Source of the DNA: an uncultured Mycoplasmatota bacterium
Lineage (GTDB): Bacteria; Bacillota_I; Bacilli_A; RF39; UBA660
DNA: 47,897 nt
Assembly: GCA_900552975.1 (NCBI GenBank)
Contig: UWSL01000001.1
Location: forward strand, 1 to 47,897
Reading direction: 5' to 3'
Below, piece by piece: positions 15,830-24,821 of the stretch; the first letter of the stretch is position 1, and every line of letters begins with the position of its first letter. The position numbers and the translations under genes are program-made. The notes beneath the pieces are model-generated. The model worked only from the letters and a program-made list of their open reading frames with translations, was not told where the DNA came from and searched no databases.

Positions 15830-17280
15830 TACTTAACCTCCTTTGCAATTTGGCCTTTATACGTCATTGTACTTTCTAACGCATAGGCAAGATTTAGTAC
15901 TTTCTCATCTTCATAGCAATTTCCAGTTATATTAATTCCTACTGGTAGATTACTAACAAAGCCATCTGGAATCGTAATTGAAGGAAAGCCTCCAAAATTA
16001 CCAATTTGTAAATGTTCTTCTAAAAAAGAAGCATTTTGTTCTACCATATCTAAATCACTATCTAAATGCTTAGCTGGTCCTGAACCAACAGGTAAAATAA
16101 CAGCATCATAATCCACAAAAATTTCTTTCCAACGATCTACTAATAATCTTCTAACACGTTGGGCATTCTTAAAGTATTTTTCTTGATTTTCTTTTTGTAA
16201 AACATATGATCCTATAACAAAACGACGTTTAATTAAAGGTGAGAACCCCTTGGTACGATGATCTTTCATCATATCACGATAATTATCGCCTTCACCACGT
16301 GGTCCAAAAACAATTCCTGTTAAGTTACTCATATTACTAGTTGCCTCAGCACAAGATAAAACGACATAAACAGAAGGTTGAGCTTTTAAAAGCACTTCAT
16401 CAACTGATACTTCATCAACTGTAACACCTAATTTTTTAAGATTTTCTAAAGTCGCAAAGAAATTATCTAAATGTTCTAAAGTTTCTTTTTCTGTATACTT
16501 ACTCTTATCACAGATTTCTTTTATATAGCATACTTTCATTCCCTTAACATTCCCATTACAAGCTTCAAGCAATTTCATTTTACTTGAATCCCATGATGTC
16601 ATATCGTTAATGTCTAAACCTTTCATTTGATCAACAACAATTGCTGCATCACGAACACTTCTTGTTAAAACACCACAATGATCTAAAGAAGAAGCAAAGG
16701 CAAATAAACCATATCTTGAAATCATTCCATAAGTTGGCTTATAACCGACTATCCCACAGTAAGCAGCTGGTTTTCGAATAGAATCTCCAGTATCTGATCC
16801 TAAAGCATAAGGATAAACTCCGGCAGCAACCGCAGCAGCTGAACCACTTGAAGAACCTGCACACATACGAGTTATATCCCATGGATTTCTTTGGATACCA
16901 GTATGAGCAGTTGTTCCTGTTCCACCCATTCCAAATTCATCCATCGCTGTTTTATTAACTTTAACAGCTCCCGCTGCATCTAACTTTTCAACCGCTGTTG
17001 CATTAAAAAATGGCACATAGTCTTTTAAGGTATTAGAAGACCCCGTTGATAAAATATCCTTTGTCGAATAATTATCTTTAACACCATAAGGAATTCCCGA
17101 AAGTAAATTATCAGTTACTTTCATTCCTTTAGCATCGTCTAAAATTGTTACAAAAGCATTACATTTTTCTTGTACTTCATGGCTTCTTTTTAAAGATTCT
17201 TTAACTAATTCATCACTAGTTACTTGACCACTTACTAATAATTCATGTAATTCTTCAATTGATTTTTCCATATACTTCAT
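15829..17280 (-). CDS. gatA: Glutamyl-tRNA(Gln) amidotransferase subunit A
   Basis: 483 aa with the amidase signature GGSSSGSAAAVAAG-like region (CAGSSSGSAAAVAAG) and GSDTGDSIR. It overlaps gatB by 1 nt. Confidence 0.9.
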   Translation of the reverse strand: MKYMEKSIEELHELLVSGQVTSDELVKESLKRSHEVQEKCNAFVTILDDAKGMKVTDNLLSGIPYGVKDNYSTKDILSTGSSNTLKDYVPFFNATAVEKLDAAGAVKVNKTAMDEFGMGGTGTTAHTGIQRNPWDITRMCAGSSSGSAAAVAAGVYPYALGSDTGDSIRKPAAYCGIVGYKPTYGMISRYGLFAFASSLDHCGVLTRSVRDAAIVVDQMKGLDINDMTSWDSSKMKLLEACNGNVKGMKVCYIKEICDKSKYTEKETLEHLDNFFATLENLKKLGVTVDEVSVDEVLLKAQPSVYVVLSCAEATSNMSNLTGIVFGPRGEGDNYRDMMKDHRTKGFSPLIKRRFVIGSYVLQKENQEKYFKNAQRVRRLLVDRWKEIFVDYDAVILPVGSGPAKHLDSDLDMVEQNASFLEEHLQIGNFGGFPSITIPDGFVSNLPVGINITGNCYEDEKVLNLAYALESTMTYKGQIAKEVK

Positions 17281-17288
17281 TTTATCAC

Positions 17289-17585
17289 CTATCCTACTAC
17301 CTTTGGTACTACAATCTCATTTCCTTCAGTTTCATCACTATTACGTAATAAATCTTCAATAGGAACAGATGGTACTATAACATCTTCTCTTAATTCATAT
17401 GTAAAATCATCAAGAGTATGGGTCATTGGCGTAACTTCTCCAATATTAGGAATTAAATTAACCATATCCAAGTTTTTATCGATCGCTTCAAATTCATCTA
17501 AAACCATTTTATTTTCTTCTTTTGTTAAACCAATAAGTAATTTATCAGCATAATCATCAACCATTTCGCTTGTAAATTTACTCAC
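17289..17585 (-). CDS. gatC: Amidotransferase subunit C
   Basis: 98 aa immediately upstream of gatA. Its size and acidic character are typical of GatC. Confidence 0.8.
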   Translation of the reverse strand: MSKFTSEMVDDYADKLLIGLTKEENKMVLDEFEAIDKNLDMVNLIPNIGEVTPMTHTLDDFTYELREDVIVPSVPIEDLLRNSDETEGNEIVVPKVVG

Positions 17586-19371
17586 CTTTTTTCACCTCTA
17601 CTTTTATCCCTAATTCTTTTAATTGTTCTTTAGTAAGTTCAGAAGGACTTCCCATCATATTATCAGCACCACTGGCACTTGTTGGGAATGCTTGAACTTC
17701 TCTTAAATTAGGTTCATCTTTAATTAACATTAAGATTCGATCAATTCCAGGTGCCATTCCACCATGTGGAGGACAACCATATTTAAATGCGGTAAAAATG
17801 GAATTAAATCTTTGTTCTACTTCATCACGTGAATATCCAACCACTTCAAAACCTTTGGCTAAACTATCTAAATCGTGATTACGTATCGCCCCACTCGCCA
17901 TTTCATTACCATTACAAACAAAATCATATTGGTAAGCTAATATATCTAAGACATCTTTACCACTTTCATAATCACTCATCCCACCATGTGGTAAACTAAA
18001 TGGATTATGACAGAATTCATACTTTTTATTAACTTCATCATACTCAAACATTGGGAAATCTTTAACAATACATAATTCTAACTTATCATTATCAATAAGT
18101 CCTAACTTTTGACCTAAATATGTTCTAATTAAACCCGCATACTTAATGGCTGTTCCTTTATGTTTATTGGCAATAAAGAAAATAACGGCATTTTTTTCCA
18201 TTTTAAATTCTTGAACTAAGTCAGATCTTTCCTTATCAGATAAAAATTTATCAATTGGTCCTTTAAAAGTCCCATCTTCCAATAAAGTTAAATAACCAAT
18301 TCCTGGCATACCAATGCTACTAGCATAATCAACAACTTCATTAAACCACGAATTAGATTTATCTCCAATATTTGGGACAACAATTACTTTAATAGTACTT
18401 TTCTTAAATGGGCCAAAGGTTGTATCTTTTAATACTTCGGTCGCATCATTAATTAATAATGGATTTCTTAAATCAGGTTTATCTGTTCCGTAAAAGTCCA
18501 TGGCATCTTTATAACTTATACGACGAAAAGGCTTTGGTGAAACTTTTTTCTTACTAAACTTTGTAAAAACATCATAAAAAATATCTTCACCAACTTCTAA
18601 CACTTCTTCTTCCGTAACATAACTCATTTCCATATCTAACTGATAGAATTCTAAAGTACGATCAGCACGAGCATCCTCATCACGGAAGCAAGGCGCAATT
18701 TGAAAATATTTTTCAACGCCTCCAACCATTAATAATTCTTTATATATTTGGGGAGCTTGAGGTAAAGCATAAAATTTACCTTTAAAATTCCTTGAGGGAA
18801 CCACAAAATCACGAGCTCCTTCCGGACTAGAAGCTGTTAAAATCGGTGTTTGAACTTCCATAAAATCTAAATCATACATTTTATTTCTTAAAAAATGTAA
18901 AACATCACTTCTTAACTTAAAATTTTCTTTAACTTTATTATTGCGTAAATCTAAGTAACGATACTTTAAACGAACTTCTTCCGAAGCATCTTTACTATTC
19001 ATAATTCCAAAGGGAAGTTCATGTAAAGATGGACTCAAAACTTCCAACTTTTCGACAAGCATTTCTACTTCCCCAGTTTTTATACGATCATTATAAGTTT
19101 CCTCATCACGTTTTCTAATTATTCCAGTTAAACGCACTACTGATTCTTTGGCTAAGCCGACAAAAAGCGAATCATCGTTAGAAACTGTCTGCAAAGTTTC
19201 TGTATTATCACGTAAATCTAAAAATAAAACACCACCATGGTCACGAATATTTTCAATCCAACCACTAACGACTACCTTTTCACCAACCATGTTTTTATCT
19301 ATATCACAACAGTGATGAGTTCGATAAATATTTTCCTTCATGTACATCATTCTTTCTTTCTTAAAATTCAC
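17578..19371 (-). CDS. aspS: Aspartyl-tRNA synthetase (bacterial type)
   Basis: ~590 aa. It has an OB-fold N-terminus, class II motifs (FYQLDMEMSY, GNEMASGAIRNHD) and the GAD insertion. The start is probably an internal Met (about 19341), because the longest ORF overlaps the asnS stop. Confidence 0.9.
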   Translation of the reverse strand: MNFKKERMMYMKENIYRTHHCCDIDKNMVGEKVVVSGWIENIRDHGGVLFLDLRDNTETLQTVSNDDSLFVGLAKESVVRLTGIIRKRDEETYNDRIKTGEVEMLVEKLEVLSPSLHELPFGIMNSKDASEEVRLKYRYLDLRNNKVKENFKLRSDVLHFLRNKMYDLDFMEVQTPILTASSPEGARDFVVPSRNFKGKFYALPQAPQIYKELLMVGGVEKYFQIAPCFRDEDARADRTLEFYQLDMEMSYVTEEEVLEVGEDIFYDVFTKFSKKKVSPKPFRRISYKDAMDFYGTDKPDLRNPLLINDATEVLKDTTFGPFKKSTIKVIVVPNIGDKSNSWFNEVVDYASSIGMPGIGYLTLLEDGTFKGPIDKFLSDKERSDLVQEFKMEKNAVIFFIANKHKGTAIKYAGLIRTYLGQKLGLIDNDKLELCIVKDFPMFEYDEVNKKYEFCHNPFSLPHGGMSDYESGKDVLDILAYQYDFVCNGNEMASGAIRNHDLDSLAKGFEVVGYSRDEVEQRFNSIFTAFKYGCPPHGGMAPGIDRILMLIKDEPNLREVQAFPTSASGADNMMGSPSELTKEQLKELGIKVEVKKGE

Positions 19372-20719
19372 AATTCCCTGGAGTTCTTGGATAAGGTATT
19401 ACATCACGAATATTTTCTACTCCAGTTAGATATATAAGTAAACGTTCAAAGCCCATTCCAAAGCCTGAATGAACACATCCACCATAACGACGTAGATTTA
19501 AGTACCAATCCATACTTTCTTTTTCCATACCTAATTCGTCCATACGAGTTACTAATTTCTCATAATTTTCTTCTCTTTGCGAACCACCCATTAATTCACC
19601 AGCACCAGGTACTTCCAAATCAACAGCAGCCACTGTCTTACCATCATCATTTTGTTTCATATAGAAAGCCTTAATATCCTTTGGCCAATTTTTAATAAAA
19701 ACTGGACCATTAAAATATTCTGTAATATATTTTTCATGTTCTTTAGCAATATCTTCCCCATATTCTGGTTCAAATTCCCATTTTACATCAGCTTCTTTTA
19801 ATATTTTAATTGCTTCCTCATGATCTATTCTAATAAAGTCAGAATTAACAAGTCTTTCTAATTTTTCTTTTAAACCTTTTTCCACAAATTGATCACAGAA
19901 ATTAATCTCTAAAGCGGCATTTTCTAAAACATATGAAACAACATTCTTTAACATATCTTCCATAATATCCATATCTTTATCTAAGTTACAGAAAGCTATT
20001 TCTGGTTCAACCATCCAAAACTCATTAGCATGCGTCTTTGTATTGGAATTTTCAGCTCTAAAAGTTGGTCCAAAAGTATAAGTTTTCTTATAAGCCATCG
20101 CAAATGTCTCTGCTTCTAACTGCCCACTTACAGTTAAATTAGCTTGTCTCCCAAAGAAATCTTTACTATAATCTGGTTTACCATTTACCTTACTTAAATC
20201 AAGTGTTGTTACTTGGAACATCTCCCCAGCCCCTTCACAGTCACTTGCTGTAATTAAAGGAGCATTAAAATAAACATAATTACGTTCTTGAAAATATTTA
20301 TGTATTGCGTAAGCTGCAACGCTTCTTATACGGAAAACTGCTTGAAATAAATTAGTTCTTGGACGTAAATAAGCAACCTCTCTTAAAAATTCTCTTGTAT
20401 GTCTTTTTGGTTGAATCGGATAATCAGCAGGGCAATCCCCCAATAATTTAACTATCGTCGCTTTTAATTCAATATCTTGATTACCACTACTTTTAACAAC
20501 TTCCCCTGTTACACTTATCGCACAACCAACCAACATTTTTTGAATATCCTCAAAATTATACAATGAATTATCATAAACAATTTGTAAATGTTGTTGCGTT
20601 GTTCCATCACTAAAATCGATGAAACCAAAATCCTTTTGTTTACGATGATTTCTAATCCATCCTTCAACTGTTATTGTATTACCTAAAATATCTTTTTTAA
20701 AAACATCTTTTAAATCCAT
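19361..20719 (-). CDS. asnS: Asparaginyl-tRNA synthetase
   Basis: 452 aa with class IIb motifs (FRAENSNTKTHANEFWMVEPE, GFGMGFERL). Confidence 0.9.
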   Translation of the reverse strand: MDLKDVFKKDILGNTITVEGWIRNHRKQKDFGFIDFSDGTTQQHLQIVYDNSLYNFEDIQKMLVGCAISVTGEVVKSSGNQDIELKATIVKLLGDCPADYPIQPKRHTREFLREVAYLRPRTNLFQAVFRIRSVAAYAIHKYFQERNYVYFNAPLITASDCEGAGEMFQVTTLDLSKVNGKPDYSKDFFGRQANLTVSGQLEAETFAMAYKKTYTFGPTFRAENSNTKTHANEFWMVEPEIAFCNLDKDMDIMEDMLKNVVSYVLENAALEINFCDQFVEKGLKEKLERLVNSDFIRIDHEEAIKILKEADVKWEFEPEYGEDIAKEHEKYITEYFNGPVFIKNWPKDIKAFYMKQNDDGKTVAAVDLEVPGAGELMGGSQREENYEKLVTRMDELGMEKESMDWYLNLRRYGGCVHSGFGMGFERLLIYLTGVENIRDVIPYPRTPGNCEF

Positions 20720-20736
20720 TTATATCTTCTCCTTCA

Positions 20737-22005
20737 TTATCTTAAATTTAAATCTAAGAAATCATCAATTTCCGCTTCTTTAACCATTGTAACTTCTTTT
20801 GTTTGATTATCTTTAACTTGAATTTCGCCCCCGACTAAATCTTCACCATTTAATATTATCAAAAATTTAGCATTATAACGATCAGCTTGTTTAAATTGTC
20901 CTTTTAAACTACGATTCATATACTCTGTATCTACTCTAAAACCATTTAAACGTAAATCTTGCGTTAAAGCCATTGCATATTCTTTTTCCGTTTCATTAAC
21001 ATACAAGACAAAAGCATCTAAGTCAGTTCTAATAGGTAAGTTTATTTCTTCTTTGTCTAAAGCCATCATTAAACGACCTAAACCACAAGCAAAACCAATT
21101 CCTGGTGTCTCTGGACCATCTAAATTAGAAACTAACGTATCATATCTACCACCAGCTGCTATAACATTATTAGCACCAAAATCCTTAACTGTTGCTTCTA
21201 TTTCAAAAACTGTATGACAATAGTAATCTAAACCCCTAACAATTTTTGGATCAACAACATAATCAATATCTAAAACATCCAAATAATTTTGTACATCCAT
21301 AAATCTATTCATTGAATCTTCATTAAGATAATCTAACATTGATGGAGCATTCAAGAGTAATTCATTATCACTATCAACTTTACAATCTAAAATACGTAGT
21401 GGATTTTTCATTAAACGTTCTTGACAATCTTCACATAAATCTTGAATATGTGGTTTAAAATAATCAATCAATGCTTGACGATAGTTATTACGTGATTCCA
21501 TATCTCCTAAACTATTTATTTTTACTTTAACACCTTTTAATCCTAGCAATTTAAAAATGTTAACAGCAACACTAATTACTTCAGCATCAATTGCTGGATC
21601 ATTGCTTCCCAAAACTTCTACCCCAAATTGAGTAAGTTCGCGATCACGACCTGATTGTGGTCTTTCATAACGATACATTGTTCCATTATAATAAAGTTTA
21701 ACTGGTTGCGTAGCCTCACCATACATTTTATTTTCAATATAACTTCTTACAACTCCGGCTGTTCCTTCAGGACGTAAAGTCATATTACGATCTCCACGAT
21801 CAACGAAATCATAAGTTTCTTTCGTTACAATATCCGTTGTATCACCAACCCCACGATGAAATAATGAAGTACTTTCAAATAATGGTGTTCTAATAAAATT
21901 GTAGTTATAACGATCCATTACTTCATCTAATACACGATTTACATATTGCCATTTCTTAGCTGTATCTCCATACAAATCAATTGTTCCTTTTGGTTTTATT
22001 ATCAT
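20737..22005 (-). CDS. hisS: Histidyl-tRNA synthetase
   Basis: 422 aa with LRPEGTAGVVR, YRYERPQSGRDREL and GGGRYD-like AAGGRYD. The RBS is GAGGAGG. Confidence 0.9.
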   Translation of the reverse strand: MIIKPKGTIDLYGDTAKKWQYVNRVLDEVMDRYNYNFIRTPLFESTSLFHRGVGDTTDIVTKETYDFVDRGDRNMTLRPEGTAGVVRSYIENKMYGEATQPVKLYYNGTMYRYERPQSGRDRELTQFGVEVLGSNDPAIDAEVISVAVNIFKLLGLKGVKVKINSLGDMESRNNYRQALIDYFKPHIQDLCEDCQERLMKNPLRILDCKVDSDNELLLNAPSMLDYLNEDSMNRFMDVQNYLDVLDIDYVVDPKIVRGLDYYCHTVFEIEATVKDFGANNVIAAGGRYDTLVSNLDGPETPGIGFACGLGRLMMALDKEEINLPIRTDLDAFVLYVNETEKEYAMALTQDLRLNGFRVDTEYMNRSLKGQFKQADRYNAKFLIILNGEDLVGGEIQVKDNQTKEVTMVKEAEIDDFLDLNLR

Positions 22006-22021
22006 TCTATTTCCTCCTCAT

Positions 22022-22235
22022 AAACAAAAAAAGTACCAAATCGTAAGGACGAAATTAACTTCCGCGGTGCCACCTTACTTCACATAGGTACTCTCTAATT
22101 AAATTTATCGCATTTATTACGTTCCTATAATAAGGAAGGTGTTTTTCATATATTATCCAATAAAGCATTTCCAGCAACTAGCTTCTCTCTGTAAATTCAA
22201 AATATATTACTGTTCTTCCATAGGAAAAAATCTAA
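22022..22235 (-). promoter_or_regulatory. T-box leader with a His (CAC) specifier upstream of hisS
   Basis: All on the minus strand. The promoter is TTGACT-17 nt-TAAAAT. Stem I has an AGAGA element (ACAGAGAGAAGC). CAC sits at the 3' side of the specifier loop (22139-22141). The T-box sequence is AAGUAAGGUGGCACCGCGG (22062-22080). A terminator helix ends in GGUAC plus U7. Confidence 0.8.
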
Positions 22236-22273
22236 AAATATTTTACTATCATTCTTAATTCAAGTCAAGTAAC

Positions 22274-23584
22274 TTAATTCCATATTTTAGTACTAAACGA
22301 ATACTCCTCTGCATCATACTTAAGCTCTCGTCCCTTATAAACTTTTAAAAGCATATAACCATATTCACTTAATTTAAATGAAAAAGCAGGATTTGTTGTC
22401 TTATCATGCGTTAATTCAAAGAAATAAATTGGAATAGGTTCTCTCTTAGCTTCACCTGTATAATCAATAAAATGAATTGCTTTATCGGTATAATCAACAT
22501 ATAAAATAAAAGTACTAGTTTCATAGACATTAATTACTTCTTCTTTGTCTAATAAAGGATTACCGTCTATATTATATATTTTATAATTCATTCTTGTTTC
22601 ATTACCAACAGTTCTCTTAACCCCAGTTTTTACATAGTATGTCAAATTAGCATTCTTCCATACATCATATATAACATCCGTATAATCATTAGAAACTTTT
22701 TTCTTATTTTTTAAATCATAAATTGACCAAGTTCCTTTATAACATAAAATCAAATATCCTGTATCAATATCATAAGTTATTGAATCATATACATCAGGTA
22801 AAACTTCAGTTATCTTACCATCTTTACTTATATTAATAATTCCCCACTTACGGCTTTTTGCATCCTTAACAATGGCATTACCATCTTTAGAAATTTCTGC
22901 TTTATCACGAGCATTATAATCCCAAAATTTAATATCTTCATAAGTTGCCAAAATTTTATTCTCTTTAACATCTAACAAATAAATTGTTCTTAAATATTGC
23001 AAATTACCATATTCTTCTTTTTGACTAATCGAATCATCAACAAAACCATATCTTCCATCATATAAATCTATTATTGGTTGTTCTTCTAAAGCCATTAATG
23101 GTTCTGTATTTTGAATATTATATGTATCATAACCACTAAAAGCTTTAACACAATCACGTTCCGTATTAATACATTTATATGTTCCTACTAATTCATAATG
23201 TTCGTTATAAAAATATAATAAACTTTTATACTTATCTGCATGCGTTGGATTCTTAGGAACTTCATAATCTTTATAAGTTTCTGGTAAAGCATCCGTACTT
23301 TTAGGATTTTTACGTAATACCCAGAATGGAACAAATTCTTCTGATTTTATTGAATTACGATCATACTTACGATAAATATATCCTAAGCCTAAATATTCTG
23401 TAACTGTTCCATCATCATACTTAGCAGGTTTAGGTTTCAATGCAAAAATAAGGGGTTCGCTCTTTGTATATCTATAATAATCTATTGCAAAAGCTAGTAC
23501 CCAAAAAATAAGTAATACTACAATTACTAATTCGATTTTCTTCTTTTTATCCATTTTTTTTGGCGCATCATACACAAATATCAA
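22274..23584 (-). CDS. Membrane-anchored WG-repeat-like protein
   Basis: 436 aa with an N-terminal TM helix (IELVIVVLLIFWVLAFAI) and repeated units of the GRYGFVDD / RKWGIINISKDG type. Confidence 0.55.
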   Translation of the reverse strand: MIFVYDAPKKMDKKKKIELVIVVLLIFWVLAFAIDYYRYTKSEPLIFALKPKPAKYDDGTVTEYLGLGYIYRKYDRNSIKSEEFVPFWVLRKNPKSTDALPETYKDYEVPKNPTHADKYKSLLYFYNEHYELVGTYKCINTERDCVKAFSGYDTYNIQNTEPLMALEEQPIIDLYDGRYGFVDDSISQKEEYGNLQYLRTIYLLDVKENKILATYEDIKFWDYNARDKAEISKDGNAIVKDAKSRKWGIINISKDGKITEVLPDVYDSITYDIDTGYLILCYKGTWSIYDLKNKKKVSNDYTDVIYDVWKNANLTYYVKTGVKRTVGNETRMNYKIYNIDGNPLLDKEEVINVYETSTFILYVDYTDKAIHFIDYTGEAKREPIPIYFFELTHDKTTNPAFSFKLSEYGYMLLKVYKGRELKYDAEEYSFSTKIWN

Positions 23585-23598
23585 CCTTCATTTCCACA

Positions 23599-24366
23599 CT
23601 ATTTTACAACAATTTCACTCTTTATCAAAGAATATAAATTAAATTCATTCTTTTTAAAAGTATGTTTATAATATACTCCATCTTTTTTTACTATATCACT
23701 AACTATTTCTGGAGCTTGTTCTGTTAAATAATTATCACAATATGTCTTATTATAATATTTATTGCAATCTGTACTATCTAACAAGTTTATTTTTAAATAA
23801 TATTCATATAAATATATTTCATCATTATTAACATAAGCTTTATCTACCAATGAATAAGTTTTATAAGTATCAACATAATCATTAACTAAACAATAATATT
23901 TTTGACCATTATTTTTACAATTTAAACCATGGTAATTTATTTCATCATACTTAAGTTCTCGATCAATTCCAAATATTTTCTTTTCATATTCTCTTACCTT
24001 ATCATTACTGATAACTTCAACTTTACATACATTATCAGATATAAAGAAAATATCTCCTGTTACATTACACATTATCTTCTCCGGAATAACTACTTTCATT
24101 TTATAATCATTTTTATCTAAATTAACTAGTATATATTGCAAAATTTCTTGATCACTAATTGTTTCATTACTTAAATAAGCCTTTCTTAAATCATCTCCAT
24201 TTAAAAGGATATCTTGCAATGCTAAAACTGTTTCATTATTAACATCAATTGTTTCGTTATCAGTGACTTCTTTTTTACTAAAACCATTAGTAAAAGACAT
24301 AAATGATATAAAAACAATAAATAAACATGATAAAACAATTCCTAATGTAATATATCCTTTTTTCAC
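23599..24366 (-). CDS. Membrane-anchored hypothetical protein
   Basis: 255 aa with an N-terminal TM helix (ITLGIVLSCLFIVFISFMSF) and a Cys-containing extracytoplasmic part. Confidence 0.55.
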   Translation of the reverse strand: MKKGYITLGIVLSCLFIVFISFMSFTNGFSKKEVTDNETIDVNNETVLALQDILLNGDDLRKAYLSNETISDQEILQYILVNLDKNDYKMKVVIPEKIMCNVTGDIFFISDNVCKVEVISNDKVREYEKKIFGIDRELKYDEINYHGLNCKNNGQKYYCLVNDYVDTYKTYSLVDKAYVNNDEIYLYEYYLKINLLDSTDCNKYYNKTYCDNYLTEQAPEIVSDIVKKDGVYYKHTFKKNEFNLYSLIKSEIVVK

Positions 24367-24383
24367 TATGAACCACTCTCATT

Positions 24384-24821
24384 CTATTTTGAATCTATTA
24401 AAATTGTTGTTGGTCCATCATTATGAATCTTAACTTCCATTTGAGCACCAAAAACTCCCGTTTCAACGTTAACATACTGTCTTAACATTTCATTAAATTT
24501 ATTATAAAGAGGTAATGCCTGTTCTCCATTTAAAGCTTCTACGTATGAAGGTCGATTACCCTTTTTAACAGAACCATACAAAGTAAATTGACTTATTGAA
24601 AGAATTTCTCCTCCAACATCTAAAACACTTTTATTCATGATTCCCTCTTCATCATCAAAGATTCTTAAATTAACAATCTTTCTTACACAATACTCAATAT
24701 CTTTTAATGTATCACCTTGCGTAAAACCAACCAAAACATTTAATCCTTCTTTAATTTCCCCAACGACTTCATCATCAACAGTTACACTACTATATTGACA
24801 TTTCTGTACAACGACTCTCAT
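24384..24821 (-). CDS. dtd: D-aminoacyl-tRNA deacylase
   Basis: 145 aa. MRVVVQK..., SQFTLYG and GNRPS motifs are typical of Dtd. It overlaps the relA stop by 1 nt. Confidence 0.9.
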   Translation of the reverse strand: MRVVVQKCQYSSVTVDDEVVGEIKEGLNVLVGFTQGDTLKDIEYCVRKIVNLRIFDDEEGIMNKSVLDVGGEILSISQFTLYGSVKKGNRPSYVEALNGEQALPLYNKFNEMLRQYVNVETGVFGAQMEVKIHNDGPTTILIDSK

